Below are positions 1 through 35,800 of a stretch of 64,000 bases of DNA, one piece after another. Positions within the stretch are counted from its first letter, which is position 1; every line of letters starts with the position of its first letter. Source of the stretch: Tubulanus polymorphus (Eukaryota > Animalia > Nemertea); assembly GCF_964204645.1 (NCBI RefSeq), contig NC_134033.1, positions 15,942,655 through 16,006,654 on the forward strand. Reading direction: 5' to 3'. The notes under the pieces were generated by a model, which was given only the letters and a program-made list of their open reading frames with translations, had not been told where the DNA came from and did no database searches. Made by a program: the position numbers and the translations under genes.

Positions 1-31
1 CATCGAGAATGAGCGAGAATATCGTCTAACA

Positions 32-341
32 CCGCGGTAATGCAACAACGGGGAACTGCCAACACTGATGCGGCAAGCGAGGATGCACTTATGGCGAGTG
101 AGGATCCGCGCTCAATAAGCCTTTCTCTTAAATATAATCAATTATTAACGTAATCTTAACCAATCACTAAGGAAATGAATCTGAAGTATATTTGGTTGGT
201 CCCGCGATAATGTTCGCATTCGGAAGCCTAAAATCTCAGATCAAAGTTTGCTAATTATGAACTAATTAAGACCGAGCGCTCGTAACGCCATCTGGCGGGA
301 TTAGCTGGCGTCGCAGTTCCCCGTTTCTGTTATAGACGCGG
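32..341. mobile_element. MITE-like element with imperfect TIRs
   Basis: ccgcggtaatgcaacaacggggaactgc (32-59) is an imperfect reverse complement of gcagttccccgtttctgttatagacgcgg (313-341). Confidence 0.55.
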
Positions 342-468
342 AATTGAAACGAACTCTCAGAGCTCGTAGCGCCATCTGGCGGGATTAGCTCTCAGAGCTC
401 GTACGGCGGTGATCTTTCAACCGACACCAATCGCAAGAATTGAAAACTCGTGAACGTACATCATCTAC

Positions 469-23773
<23,305 letters not shown>

Positions 23774-24340
23774 AGTTAATCCACTATTGTCCAAACGATG
23801 CTCTTTTTAACAGATTCACACCAGGGTCTAATAACAGCCCTACCCCACTCGATTAATTAGATTATAATTCACACAGAGATTCCGAGACAAACACAACAGA
23901 AAGATTAATCCTGATTAAGACGCTCTCCTCGCAGTGGTAGAAGTCGGTGCGCCCACATACTCGCTGAAATCCGTATTACATCGTAACCCGTTTCACCGAG
24001 TTGAGGCCCCGAATTTGTGACGAATCGATTTTCAGGAAGGGCTGAAATTTCCTGAAATTATTTACTGTACTCTCAACACTGTCTATACAGTGCTTATCTA
24101 GGACAACGCGGTGTATTGTGGGATTGTGTGATCCGGGTATTCGTAATGGCGGCGCCCATCAGCGAACGCGGAAGTGTTTGAATACTCTGAGATTCTGCGA
24201 GTTTTTTAATGGAATTTAAGTTATCAACAGTGATCCTGATGCCTAATGCTTAGAACTGATCGAGAAGGTGCTGATCTTCGTTGGAATCCATGAAATAATC
24301 GCTTTGAAAGTGCATAAGTTGGGCAAATCGGTATATTCAG
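23774..24340. promoter_or_regulatory. Bidirectional promoter/5' UTR region of MAP4K4 (-) and the mTERF gene (+)
   Basis: Divergent genes about 1 kb apart. YY1-like AATGGCGGC near 24145, ETS-like CGGAAGTG at 24169-24176, candidate non-coding exon donor GTAAGT at 24340. Confidence 0.65.
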
Positions 24341-24763
24341 TAAGTTTTTGCCTTGGCGGCGACCAACTTTCTAAGGCTAAGCCGAAAAATTGTAAATCCA
24401 ATTAAGATTTCTGGTTGAGATAGATTTACATTGAAAAGTCATTGAAGTCAATGATAGATATACATAGAAAAATCTCGATAACTGCTTAAATAACTCCAAA
24501 ATTATGTAACAGTAGTTCCTCATTCAACCACGGTGGCAGCACCAGCCGGTGTCGCTGCTGCCAGAATGTGTAGAATGTCAACTGAGAAAAGTGTAAGAAG
24601 TTGGAACGTTAGTATGGTTTCGGATTTAGCCACGGTGGCAGCACCTTACGGTATCGCCGTTGGCAAGACCTCAACCGGCAGATCCTCATTATCCATGACA
24701 ATTAGGTTCGAATCCCGTTATGTATTGCAAATGTTAAATTATTTTTTCAGCGTTTTCTCGACG

Positions 24764-27359
24764 ATGGCTCTAAGATGCACACTTCGCGATGGTTTCATGA
24801 AGATGAGATCCTTTTATTTTCAATCTACGAGTCGTTTTTGTCAGTTTGGTTAGTATTTGAAATTTTTGTAAATTCTTTGATTGTCTTAAATGCAATGCTT
24901 ATTTTCTGTCTTGCATGTTTTTGGGTTTTTCAGCGGCGAGAACCGAACCGCAATTCGAACATCAGATCGATGACTGCCGTGAATCAGAAGAAGAGGCATC
25001 AACTGCAGCTACGACTAAATCAGCTCTTGAAGGGGTGTCCGTAAAAGAGTTTACGTTCTTCACGTGGGAATTATTAAAAAATGGTATCACCGATATCGAC
25101 AGCGTTGTTGATCAGGTAGTTTTCCATTCTGATGAATGTTTTTTGCTGAAATTCACTGTAACCCTGCTCACAGGGACTTGTCATAATTGATAGTGAATGA
25201 ATAAAACCAGTGTCAATGTTGACCAACCCCAGTATCCCTGTATATAGGGGTCAGTCATTGATACTGGTTTTATTCAAACCGATAGTCTATAGTGTAATGT
25301 GCCAATTATCAAATTTGATGTGGCAAAATTAATCAAATTGTCTCGATACTTCAAGTAACTGGCATCAAAATCTGAAACCAGGTAAAAATGCCACTGGTAA
25401 AAAAAGGTGAAATAATGCCAGAGTTAGAAATGTCTCTGGCATTATTACCGTGTTCCTCAAAATCTAGATTATGCAGATTTTACTGTAACAACTTCGGGCA
25501 TTTTTACATGAAAGTAATTCAAACTGGACTCTTAGTCAGTAACCTGTCTATGGTTTAGTTTCACGATCAGATATTTTCACAAACCACAAGTATAATATTC
25601 AGTCATTCAGAATTCCATATTTTTGGGGGGGGGGGTCATTTTCCTGACTAAAGCTCATCCGATTATAAAAGTTTACCACCAACGATGAGGTAACTATCTA
25701 CTCTCTTCTATACAGATAACGCAACAATTCGGGACGGAGTCCGAACTACGTTGGCGGAAAGTTTGTCTACCGTTTCGCGGCGAACTGTTAAAACGTAAAA
25801 TACTCGACGTTCTCGCGTACGACGGAACGACCCTGCCGCAGATTTTACAAACGCCCGAAATCCTGCTGCGATCGGAGAGTTACCTCGCGAAGAAATCGCG
25901 CTGGTTAAAACTGAACGGGTTCCCCTCGACGACCGTCGCCGGGTTGATATACGCGGGCGGGAAACGCTTCGAGCAGATGCGGGAGATCGGCGCCGCGCAG
26001 ACCGACTCGTGGCTCGACGTCCTCGCGAGGAAACTCGAGTGCAGCGTCGAGGAATTGCTGAACGACCTGGCGGCGAACGCGAGTAAACTGCGACCGTACA
26101 ACCTGCGACGAATCGTCGAACGAATCGACCTGCTGATCGCGAACGGCGCCGACGGTAAAATGATCCGCGAACAACCGTTCGTTCTGTCGCGGAGCACGGC
26201 GACGCTGCGACGACGAATCGAGCGCCTCGATTCGCTCGGTTTGCGTAAACCTCGTCTGCCGATCACGTGGTTAATTCAGAACGATCGTGAGTTCGATCAG
26301 ATCGTCGAGGGTCACCTGCGTCTGCGCGACGCGATGGCCGACTGCGCCGACAAGTGGGAATATCTCGCAAAACTTCTAGACGTCGGCGAATCGCAGGTAA
26401 AAAAGGCATTTCCGGACTTCGATTTGACGTTGATCACGAAGAAAATTCGGTTTTTATTCGCGATGGGTTTTACCGGCGAGCAGATACTGTTATACCCTCG
26501 CGTGTTGCATCCGTCGCTCGAAGGGCTGCGTCTGGCCGACGAATATTTCCGCGCGAACGAAATCTCGAATTTGCGTCTGCCGCAGATTTACGCGTTCGCG
26601 AGTAACAGACGCGTTCACCTGAAGCGTAACGCGTCGTACACTCGGCGTTCGATCGCTCGGATCCTCGAAACGAACCTCGCCAGTTTAGACAAGTACTGGC
26701 CGCATCTGCAACCGGCTATCAGCTTCACCGAGCGAGAACTGTGCGCGAATAAAAACGTTTTGCTAAAACACGGATTCGAACTGTCGGATGTTTCACGTTG
26801 CCCGCTGTTGTTTAATCACGTCCCCGAAGCCCTCGAGCGATATCTCGCGAAACTCGAATCTCTCAAAACGGTCGCGCCGTTCTCAAACTGGTCGAAGCGA
26901 AACAAATCGATTAAATTACTCAACGCTCTACAGTATCTCATCGAGAAAGACTTGAACTTTTCGGAAATCGGGTTCCGGGCGAGTCACGAAGACGATTCGA
27001 CTCATTCTGGTTCCAGCGACCAGTTGACTCATTCTGGTTCCAGCGACCAGTCGATTCATTCTGGATCCAGTGACCAGTCGGATCATTCAGGTTCCAGTGA
27101 CCAGTCAGATCATTCAGGTTCGATTGACCACTTGACTCATTCAGGTTCAATTGACCGGTCGACTCATTCTGGTTCCTTTGACCAGTCGACTCATTCAGGT
27201 TCAATTGACCGGTCGACTCATTCTGGTTCCTTTGACCAGTCGACTCATTCAGGTTCGATTATCCAATTGACTCACAATGGTTCCAATGACCAGTCGACTC
27301 ATTCTGGTCCCGATCTCGACCAGGAATCAAACAAACACGTAATTGAAGATGAAACTTGA
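24764..27359 (+). CDS. mTERF-family (mitochondrial transcription termination factor-like) protein; exons 24764-24848, 24934-25115, 25716-27359
   Basis: Arg-rich, acid-poor N-terminus resembling a mitochondrial presequence (MALRCTLRDGFMKMRSFYFQSTSRF). Repeated mTERF-like motifs: KIRFLFAMGFTGEQILLYPRVL, LLKHGFELSDVSRCPLLF, IREQPFVLSRS, ILQTPEILLRS. Splice phases are consistent. Confidence 0.75.
26993..27310 (+). repeat. Coding 30-bp tandem repeat (STHSGSxDQ-like, about 10 units) in the mTERF C-terminus
   Basis: tcgactcattctggttcc..gaccag units in frame. Confidence 0.9.
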
Positions 27360-28443
27360 AAGAAATGAGATAAACGAAAATTTGCATTCACAGTTTGTTT
27401 TTTGTTCGATTGAATTGTTATTTATTTCACGAGAAAATTGAGCTTTTCATTCAAGCAATCCGGCGATCCGGTTCCACAGATCCTCACCTAAATTCAACGC
27501 GACATTTTACATTCGCTCGCTACGTTTCAACGTGAATCATATCCTAGCCTAGAACTGCAGAACCGAACCCCGTGTTCATTATAAATAATGATAAACCAGT
27601 AGAAGAAAAACCCTGCTGTTTATAAGTTTAAAAACGAATCGATCATCAGCTCGTCGTTTCAAAATGATCAACATCGGAAATAACGTTTTCAGATATTTCG
27701 ACCTTTAATTGATATGATTTTCGTTGAATTTAATACAATATTTTGTCGTTATATTCAAGGTTAAAAGTAAAGCGTTACAGTATATTAAAGAGAGAGACTT
27801 AAACCAAAAACACCCTACCTACCCCCTCCCCTCCCTCCGGTGGAACATTCCTCCCCTCTCCCCCTAATATTTTCATGGTATGTATATTGACTAGGTTATT
27901 ATAGAAATGGATATTTCATCATGATTAGCTGAAATTTAAAACACAATATTTCTAACTTAAGTCCCTCGCTACAAACGAAGCTCTGGATTATTACGTCTAG
28001 AAATTTCAAATCCGAGAATGTTAACTCAGGGGCGGATCTTCTAGTAAAATTGGAAGGCAGGGGTCAAGCCGATGAAATGATTAAGGCATTTTTCAGATGA
28101 AGCAGGGCGTCTAAGGCGGAGTCCCATCCTCTTTGTTAGATATTTTCGAAGAAATACATCTGAAAATATGCAATTTACGAGAGGTCGAGCGTCAAATTTA
28201 CCGTAGGTTTCAACAATCTTTCTCTTGTAGACAATATCTCACTCGTCAAAAAGATTGCGTCAAAATTAAGCTCTTAATGCAGCGAATTCAGGTACATTGA
28301 AAAGTCGCGGTGGTTTGTGGGGAAAATATTGCACTCATGACTACATCAATAGATAAAATGCACAGGTCACAATTCAAACAAACGCGAAGCAAAATTATGA
28401 TTAGTTAATCACGACGACAGCTTTCTCATCGGCGACTTTACTT

Positions 28444-28729
28444 TAAAGCCTAGCTCGAGTCGACTTACGACCTGACTAGATCGCAGTAGAAACAGCGGTA
28501 GTAAACCACTGATTGCCAGTTCGTCCTGTATCGCGATCTTAGGCGCACTCAGGTCGACTACGTCGCCGCTTGAAGTCATGTGACGCAATACTCAAAGCTG
28601 ATTGGCTACGACGTTAAGATCAGTCTTAGAAAATAGAAATTGTTCTATCCTGACAATCGGTCTGCGATCAATCCATCACAGTCAATCTGACAATTTGATC
28701 GGATCTTAGTCAACCTGAGTTAGGCTTTA
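28444..28729. mobile_element. MITE-like element with imperfect TIR
   Basis: taaagcctagctcgagtcgact ... agtcaacctgagttaggcttta. Confidence 0.5.
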
Positions 28730-29304
28730 CGATGCACTTTGTGAAACCGGGCCCCTGGACCCACCCAGTACAACGAGTTGTCTACAATTTTTCGTAGATC
28801 ACAATATCCGCGATAACGCAATTAAAGTGAATTGATAGCCAAAAAAGTTTACTCAAAAAGATTACTAAAAATATCTCGGGTGGTTGGTTTTGGTAAGTTG
28901 GTTGGTCGGGTGGTGGTTGGACTGAAGAAAGGTTGTAACAACCACCCAAAATTTGTCTATTTCAAACTTTTTTAGCTTTCAATTAATTTATTGTGGGATT
29001 AAACTCTTGTCTACAGTTTGGTTTTAACTTGAAATTAACCGTCAACTATAGTTACACTGTCCGCAATGAGAAAACTGTCGAATACATCACTGCATTATCC
29101 ATAGCTAAACTGATTAAGTATTTACTTTATAACGTGAGATCAATAACGCTTAACCCTACTGCCCCCCCCCCCCCCACAAAAAAAACACTAATCCGAACCC
29201 TCTACTTGATCCCAGGCAGACAGCGTTTCTACTGTATTTATAAAAACACTGAATGAACCCCCTACTATTGATTGTACCATACATTATAAACTGTTTTCAC
29301 CCGC

Positions 29305-29500
29305 TGAATAAATATTGATTAATCAAATCAATAATAAATATTGATCAAATAAATCAATAATGAATATTGATTGATTAAATCGATGAAAAATATTGATTAA
29401 ATAAATCAATAAAAAATATTGACCAATCAAATCGATAATGAATATTGATTTAACAAATCTATAATAAATATTGATTAATTAAATCAATAATAAATATTGG
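29305..29500. repeat. AT-rich ~26-bp tandem repeat
   Basis: aataataaatattgattaattaaatc-like units. Confidence 0.8.
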
Positions 29501-30436
29501 TTCATTGAAATATGATTGAAATATGATGATGAAGTACACACGAAACACAGGAATTAATATCACAATTTACACACAATCCGTAAGAATTCAACGATTTCAA
29601 CAATGATTAAAACCCTCGGCTAATTTGCACAGTTATCACTTAAGTGTAAGTCTTAAGTCTCTGTCTTTAAGACTGTTCTGATGTTGTTACATTGATTATA
29701 GCGCGATCATACGGAGACATTTGTGCCTAATTAGAGCGCGTTGAAGCGTAAACCACTCACTCGATACTAAACAATGCTTAAACAATAAACAAAGCGAAGT
29801 GAGTCAGAGTCACTTCCGGAACCAGTTACAATTTACATGCAATTATTTGACCCGTGCTAACGGTTTTTGGCCTGGCCAAATAGGCTCAGCCCATTTGGCA
29901 CCCGTGTGAACAGTTATTCCGGGCTAAATTCGGCACGGGCCAAAAACCGTCGTGTGATCACGGCTCATAGAACAGAGATGGTGTTAGACTGGTCATATCT
30001 GTGCAACTGACCTCAGGCGACCGTTATTCGTATAGTAATGCATATCCGAAACATTTTGCCCTATTTCTATCCCCTATTGGATAGAAGTTATATAATTCTT
30101 CATCCGTTATTCTAATATACCAATTACAGTGTTTTCTAAAGATTTCCTTCAAGAATCGACAGTATTTCGAGATAAGGTTCGGCCACTCGGACCGCAACGA
30201 ACTAAGACTAGGATTGCACTTAAAATACGTATAACATCAGGGCAGTGAAGTTAAAATAGTGTTAGTCTACACGCCTCTTCCCAGTAATATGTAGGCTCAA
30301 TGATTTCAAAATTTCTCGATGAAGATACTACAATAGCCCCCGCGCGAGTAGGATTTTTTAGGACAAAATTTGAGAGCGATATCAAAATTGGAAATTATAG
30401 AATTTATACAGAGGATCAGGAACAAGCCAATTAGAT

Positions 30437-30669
30437 GGTTATCTCTGAGTTAACCAGTTATCTCTGAGTTAAACAGTTATTTCTGAGTTAACCAGTTATC
30501 TCTTAAGTTAAACAGTTATCTCCTGAGTTAAACAGTTATCTCTGAGTTAAACAGTTACCTACGAGTTAAACGGTAATCTCTCTCTGAGTTAAACAGTTAC
30601 CTCTGAGAAGAACGGTTATCTTTGAGTTAAACAGAGTTATCTCTGAGTTATACCGTTATCTCATGAGTT
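30437..30669. repeat. 19-20-bp tandem repeat
   Basis: gttatctctgagttaaaca units. Confidence 0.9.
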
Positions 30670-32876
30670 GATGGGATCTGACTTGAGCGGAGGCTACTGA
30701 TAGCAACAGCAATGCTGTCACTCTCCAGTTATCACCAGGGCTTGAGGCTACACTGAAAAAACTGATTTCATACGCAACTGGAAAAAATTCATGTCAATAG
30801 AAATAAACATTTTTACACAAGTGTCATTCGATTATGTTTCGACGTAAAATCTGAATTGATCCGTTCATTCGCGGGAAAGTAAAAACAATTCGTAAAATTG
30901 ACTAGACTAAAATAATCGAAAATACATGACATAATAAAAGACATCGGAATACCAAACCAGAATACCGGCATCGGTATTCAAACAGTACTAAATACAAGAT
31001 GTGTCTACCAAAATGGTTCATCAGACTAGTAAGTTGTTTAAACGCATTCCATCAAATTCTAATCTTCATGGTTAATTCGCCCCTTGAGACGACGACAATC
31101 CTGGCTCTAAACCAATCTAGCAAATTGAGACCAGGAAGGAATAGAAAGCCATAACTTGTGTCATCTCACTCTGCAGAATTCAGACTGCAGGTGAAATCTT
31201 AAAACCCTTTCAGTACTGAGTAATCGATGCCCTAAATAGTGCTGGGGATAATCTTTAAATTTTTGTAAATTGCATTGTAATTCCATCCCATTGCAATAAT
31301 GCGTCTACACCACAGTGCGGTGTATAACAGGCATACCGCAAAATGTCTACATCTCGGTGCTGTGTATAACAGGCATACTGCAAAAATGCGTCTACACCAC
31401 AGTGCAGTGTATAATAGGCATACTGCACCACAGTGCGGTGTGTAACAGGCATACTGCACCACAGTGCGGTGTGTAACAGGCATACTGCAATTATGTGTCT
31501 ACAACTCGGTGCAGTGTATTGTTCGTTACTTATATCGACCGCATTTGAAAGGGGCCGCCATCTTTCTATAGAGACAAAATCTGATTACTAATCATACTAA
31601 TACGCCTCGATGCGGTGTACTAGCAATGTCCATGATCGATTTATACGCCGCATTGTGGTGTAGACGCGCACTGAAAGGGTTTGTCATAATAATAGTAAAC
31701 AAAAATGAGCGATTAAAAACAATTACTCTTGAGAATAAAAGTCGCGGCGAAAAGTCGGGGCATGTATCAGCAGTTATTCAAACAAATATATACAAACGAT
31801 TACGTAGAAAGCGATCTGGTCTACATTTTTGATATGGTCCCCAATTTCGAAATTCAGGTCAAATATCCCTCAATTTCGTCAATTGCTTCAATGGATTGTG
31901 GAAGTACATTAACACGGGTTGAAATTATATTTTACACGTAACACGCCAACTAAGAGGTGTATACACGGTTCCCACAGTTAAAAATTCACAAGTTCTTCTT
32001 GGGCGATAATTCAAATTTTACCGAAATGGAAAACGAGGCCTTCGTTAATTCAAATTACAGTTAAGTTGACGACGCGTCGGTTGAAGGTAGAACCTAGTTC
32101 GATTGACCGATTTTAACTTACGACCCCGCTGGTTGGCTCGATTGCGAATCAAGGAATCAAGAAACAGGCTGCGAGGTTGTTGTCGGCTATTAACCCGAGT
32201 TGTTCGCGCGTTTTTAAAGAATTTGGAGAAGGAAAAAAAAATCATGCGAAATAAAGGTAAAATACGAATAATAAGTAATGCGTGTCTTTTTTGTTCAATT
32301 GCACAAAAATGTGCCCCCATAATACGTAAAATAAAAATAAAAATACTGTTCAAAATTGACGAGAGCGATTCTTTATACATACGATTTATCGAGGTTTAAA
32401 TAGTGTATAGAATAATATAGAGAGGAATAAATTCATCAAACCATGCTGACTGTACATTTATGAGTATCATTGAGTTTAACTTGGTGCATCCATCACCCGC
32501 CCATACACGCATTGTTTCTGAATCATTCACCAGTCAAGGCGTATCCAGAATTCAAACGCTTTTTTAAATACACGATTATAAAGAGAGAGACATATTCAAA
32601 AACTGAGAAAATTCTACACCGAAACGAGTAATCGTAGATTTTCGAAGATACTCAGTTCGTGCTCTGAGGTTGGACAGTACCGAGTACCAACGCTGTGAGG
32701 TAAAATTCACGCTTTAAAATCGATTCTTAAGTTCGCGCTCAAAATGTCAAGAGATTGAAATGAGGAACTTAAAGTCGCTTACTAGGTACTCTCTTCCATG
32801 CTAAAAGATTGATACGAGGAACTCATGGTCGCATATGAGGTACTCGGCTTTGTACTCGGACTGTCGCGAGAGGAAC

Positions 32877-35800
32877 TCAGTTTACTTTTATGTGACCGTT
32901 AATATCACAAGCGGCGGAAATATCGGCGTTGATTTTCGTCGTCGATCGTTTTCCATTCTCCGTCGCGGGGATCGACGTCTGCTGCGTAACCGAGGCATCG
33001 GCGTCGTCGAGGAAGAAGACGCGTTGCTCGACGTACGGATTGTTGACGACGGCGGCCGACGTCGGGTCGTCGTGCCAGAACGGAACCGGTCGCACCGTGA
33101 AGTGGGTTATCAACGTGTACAGTTTACCGTGTATCAACAGCATGAGCGTTTGATGTATCGCCGCGCAGATCCGGTAGTACGGACCATAAAACGGGTCCGA
33201 TATCGCCGGGCATAACATATTGTTTAAATTCACTTCGGTTAGCTGTAAAAACGAAAATAGAAAAAAAAAACAGAAGATATTAATCCGTAGAAATATTACG
33301 AACCAAGTGTCGAAATTGATTCCAGAATACAGCGGAACCTCGTTACAACGAACTTCAGGAGACCAGAAAATATGTTTGTTATAACTGATAGTTCTATATA
33401 CAGCGGAACCTCGTTACAACGAACTTCAGGAGACCAGAAAATATGTTTGTTATAACTGATAGTTCTATATACAGCGGAACCTCGTTACAATGAACTTCAG
33501 GAGACCAGAAAATATGTTTGTTATAACTGATAGTTCTATATACAGCGGAACCTCGTTACAACGAACTTCAGGAGACCAGAAAATATGTTTGTTATAACTG
33601 ATAGTTCTATATACAGTGAAACCTCATTACAACGAACTTCAGGACAGAGTCACCAGAAAATCTGTTCATTGTAACTGATATCAAATTATCAGAATTAAAC
33701 TTACAGGGTTCTTATGGGTTAACCAATTTCATTTTCCATAATCTATCCGTACTGTTTCCATACTCAGATTATAGGTTTTTCAATACCCTCAAGTTACACA
33801 TCCCTAACATTTTTGTCAGGCCCATTCATAGTGAATAAGCGCCAATTATCGACAACCATTGGGCCAATTCTTTTCATAAAAATTGTTCTCAAAATGTGCA
33901 GTGAATATCGTATTATTTGGAAACAAATGAAAACTCCCAGTTGTTAATATCAAAATGTGAAGAAAAATTCCCACTTTCCAAAACGTTCCATAAGCTGTAA
34001 GAACCCCGGTTAACGTAACCTATTTGGGATGGGATTCTAGGTTGGTACCGACCAAAACGTCGATACATCCGAGTTCATTATAACGAGGATATTCCGCCGA
34101 ACGCGAACTCAAGAGATTCGTCGTTCTCTAAACACCGTACTTACATACGCTAATGGCTGCAGGAATGTGAAATGATAAATGAAAAGTATCCCGGTCGACA
34201 TGAGAGGCCATGTTAGATCAAACAACGGTTCCACTGTGTAACCACCTACAATCATAATAATACAATGAACAACATCAGTCGTCGATGATAACAACATTCA
34301 GAGTCAGCTTCACTCTTCGGGACGAATTGGTCGGTCTGTTTAGTGATTCAAGGCCACGGCATATATACCGTCTGTTCCACATGATCTCCGACATTTTGAT
34401 CCGTCAATAGTCAATTGAGTGACCTCGAAACCGATCTCGAAACCAATCTCGAGGGCTCAGATGGTGTTGCGCATGGCGTCATAATTTGTTTGCCTGTCAG
34501 CAAGAACAACACATCATCTGAGGCTGGTTCCTTAGTTGAGACTTAAGTTCAAAAATGGTCTTAAATTTTAAGACTGGTCGTCTTAAGTTGTTAGATTGGT
34601 TATAGAACTAAGATGGTCTCAAATTGGTCTCAAGTCTAAGCCATGACTATGGAACTGGGCAATCAGATTTATCAAGTTCGAGGGTCAGTCGTGTGAATCA
34701 CTTATCGCGTTTTGCTGCCAACTAATATCAGCTAGTTAAGTGGAAAAGTTTTAACCCGCGAGACCTTTGTTTGTAACGCCGGTTTTAAATCAAAACATCC
34801 TTGACATTGAATCGAAAAAAATCAATTCGATTCCTAGAAATTACTTATCGAAATTGCTATTTTCCTTCCTCGTAAACGGCTTATCAATACGCGTTTATAC
34901 GGGCAGACGACCGTTTAACATCATGGTTTATGGGGACGGGAAAAAACCGGTTTTGTCAATAAAAAAAAAATCCAATAATTGTTTTTTCTTTTCGAGTTTT
35001 TTTCTTGTTACCTCCTTGTCGAATGAGGAAATACGGAATGACGTAGAGTAGTAAATGTTGAACGTAGTAAACCTCGGTTTCGCACGGAAGCTGAAATTAT
35101 AAACAAACGAATCAATCAAACGAATCCAGTTATTTTTTTCTATCTCATCATCATCGCTGTTATTATGAAAAGTTCCGGGTACGCAACAAATGAAATCAGC
35201 TGATTAGTAATGGAGTCAAGTGAACTGACTGGTGTTTTGTTTCGCATGATAAGTGACTATAGGCTATTATTAGGCCTAGATACTTATCACAAATTATTCA
35301 TTAAATTTCTAAGTTTGATTTGTTTACAAGAGCTGAGAGTATTAACGGAGTATTTCTTACGACTATATTTTCTGCGTTGCGGAATAAGTTCGTATATGTG
35401 GGTGGCATCGTGACTTATTCTTTAAACTTCTTCGTTTATTTTAATAGTGGCAGCTGAGTATTTCTTATGACTGTATTTTCTGCCTTGCAGAATAAGTACT
35501 GGGCTACGAGGCATAGAAACTTATCACGACTTATCCATTACATTTCTTTGTTTATTTCAATCATTGGAAATGAGTATTTCTTATCTTTCAACTGAGGAGG
35601 ATCCTCCCAGGGGCGGATTTAGGGGGAAGACACGGGGTCCGGACTCAAGCCCTCCCGTTTAAGTAACCCTTTTAGCAAAGTCGAAAGAGGGTTAAAACCT
35701 GCTAATTTGACAATGACTCATCCTGTCATAAATTGCATATTAGTAGATGTATCTCTTAAAAAATATCTAATAACACGAGGGCGGGAATCGGCTAGGCCCT

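Noticed and set aside
24146-24181. ATGGCGGCGCCC as a start codon for the mTERF gene
   Set aside because: It hits TGA after 11 codons and is better explained as a YY1/ETS promoter motif pair.
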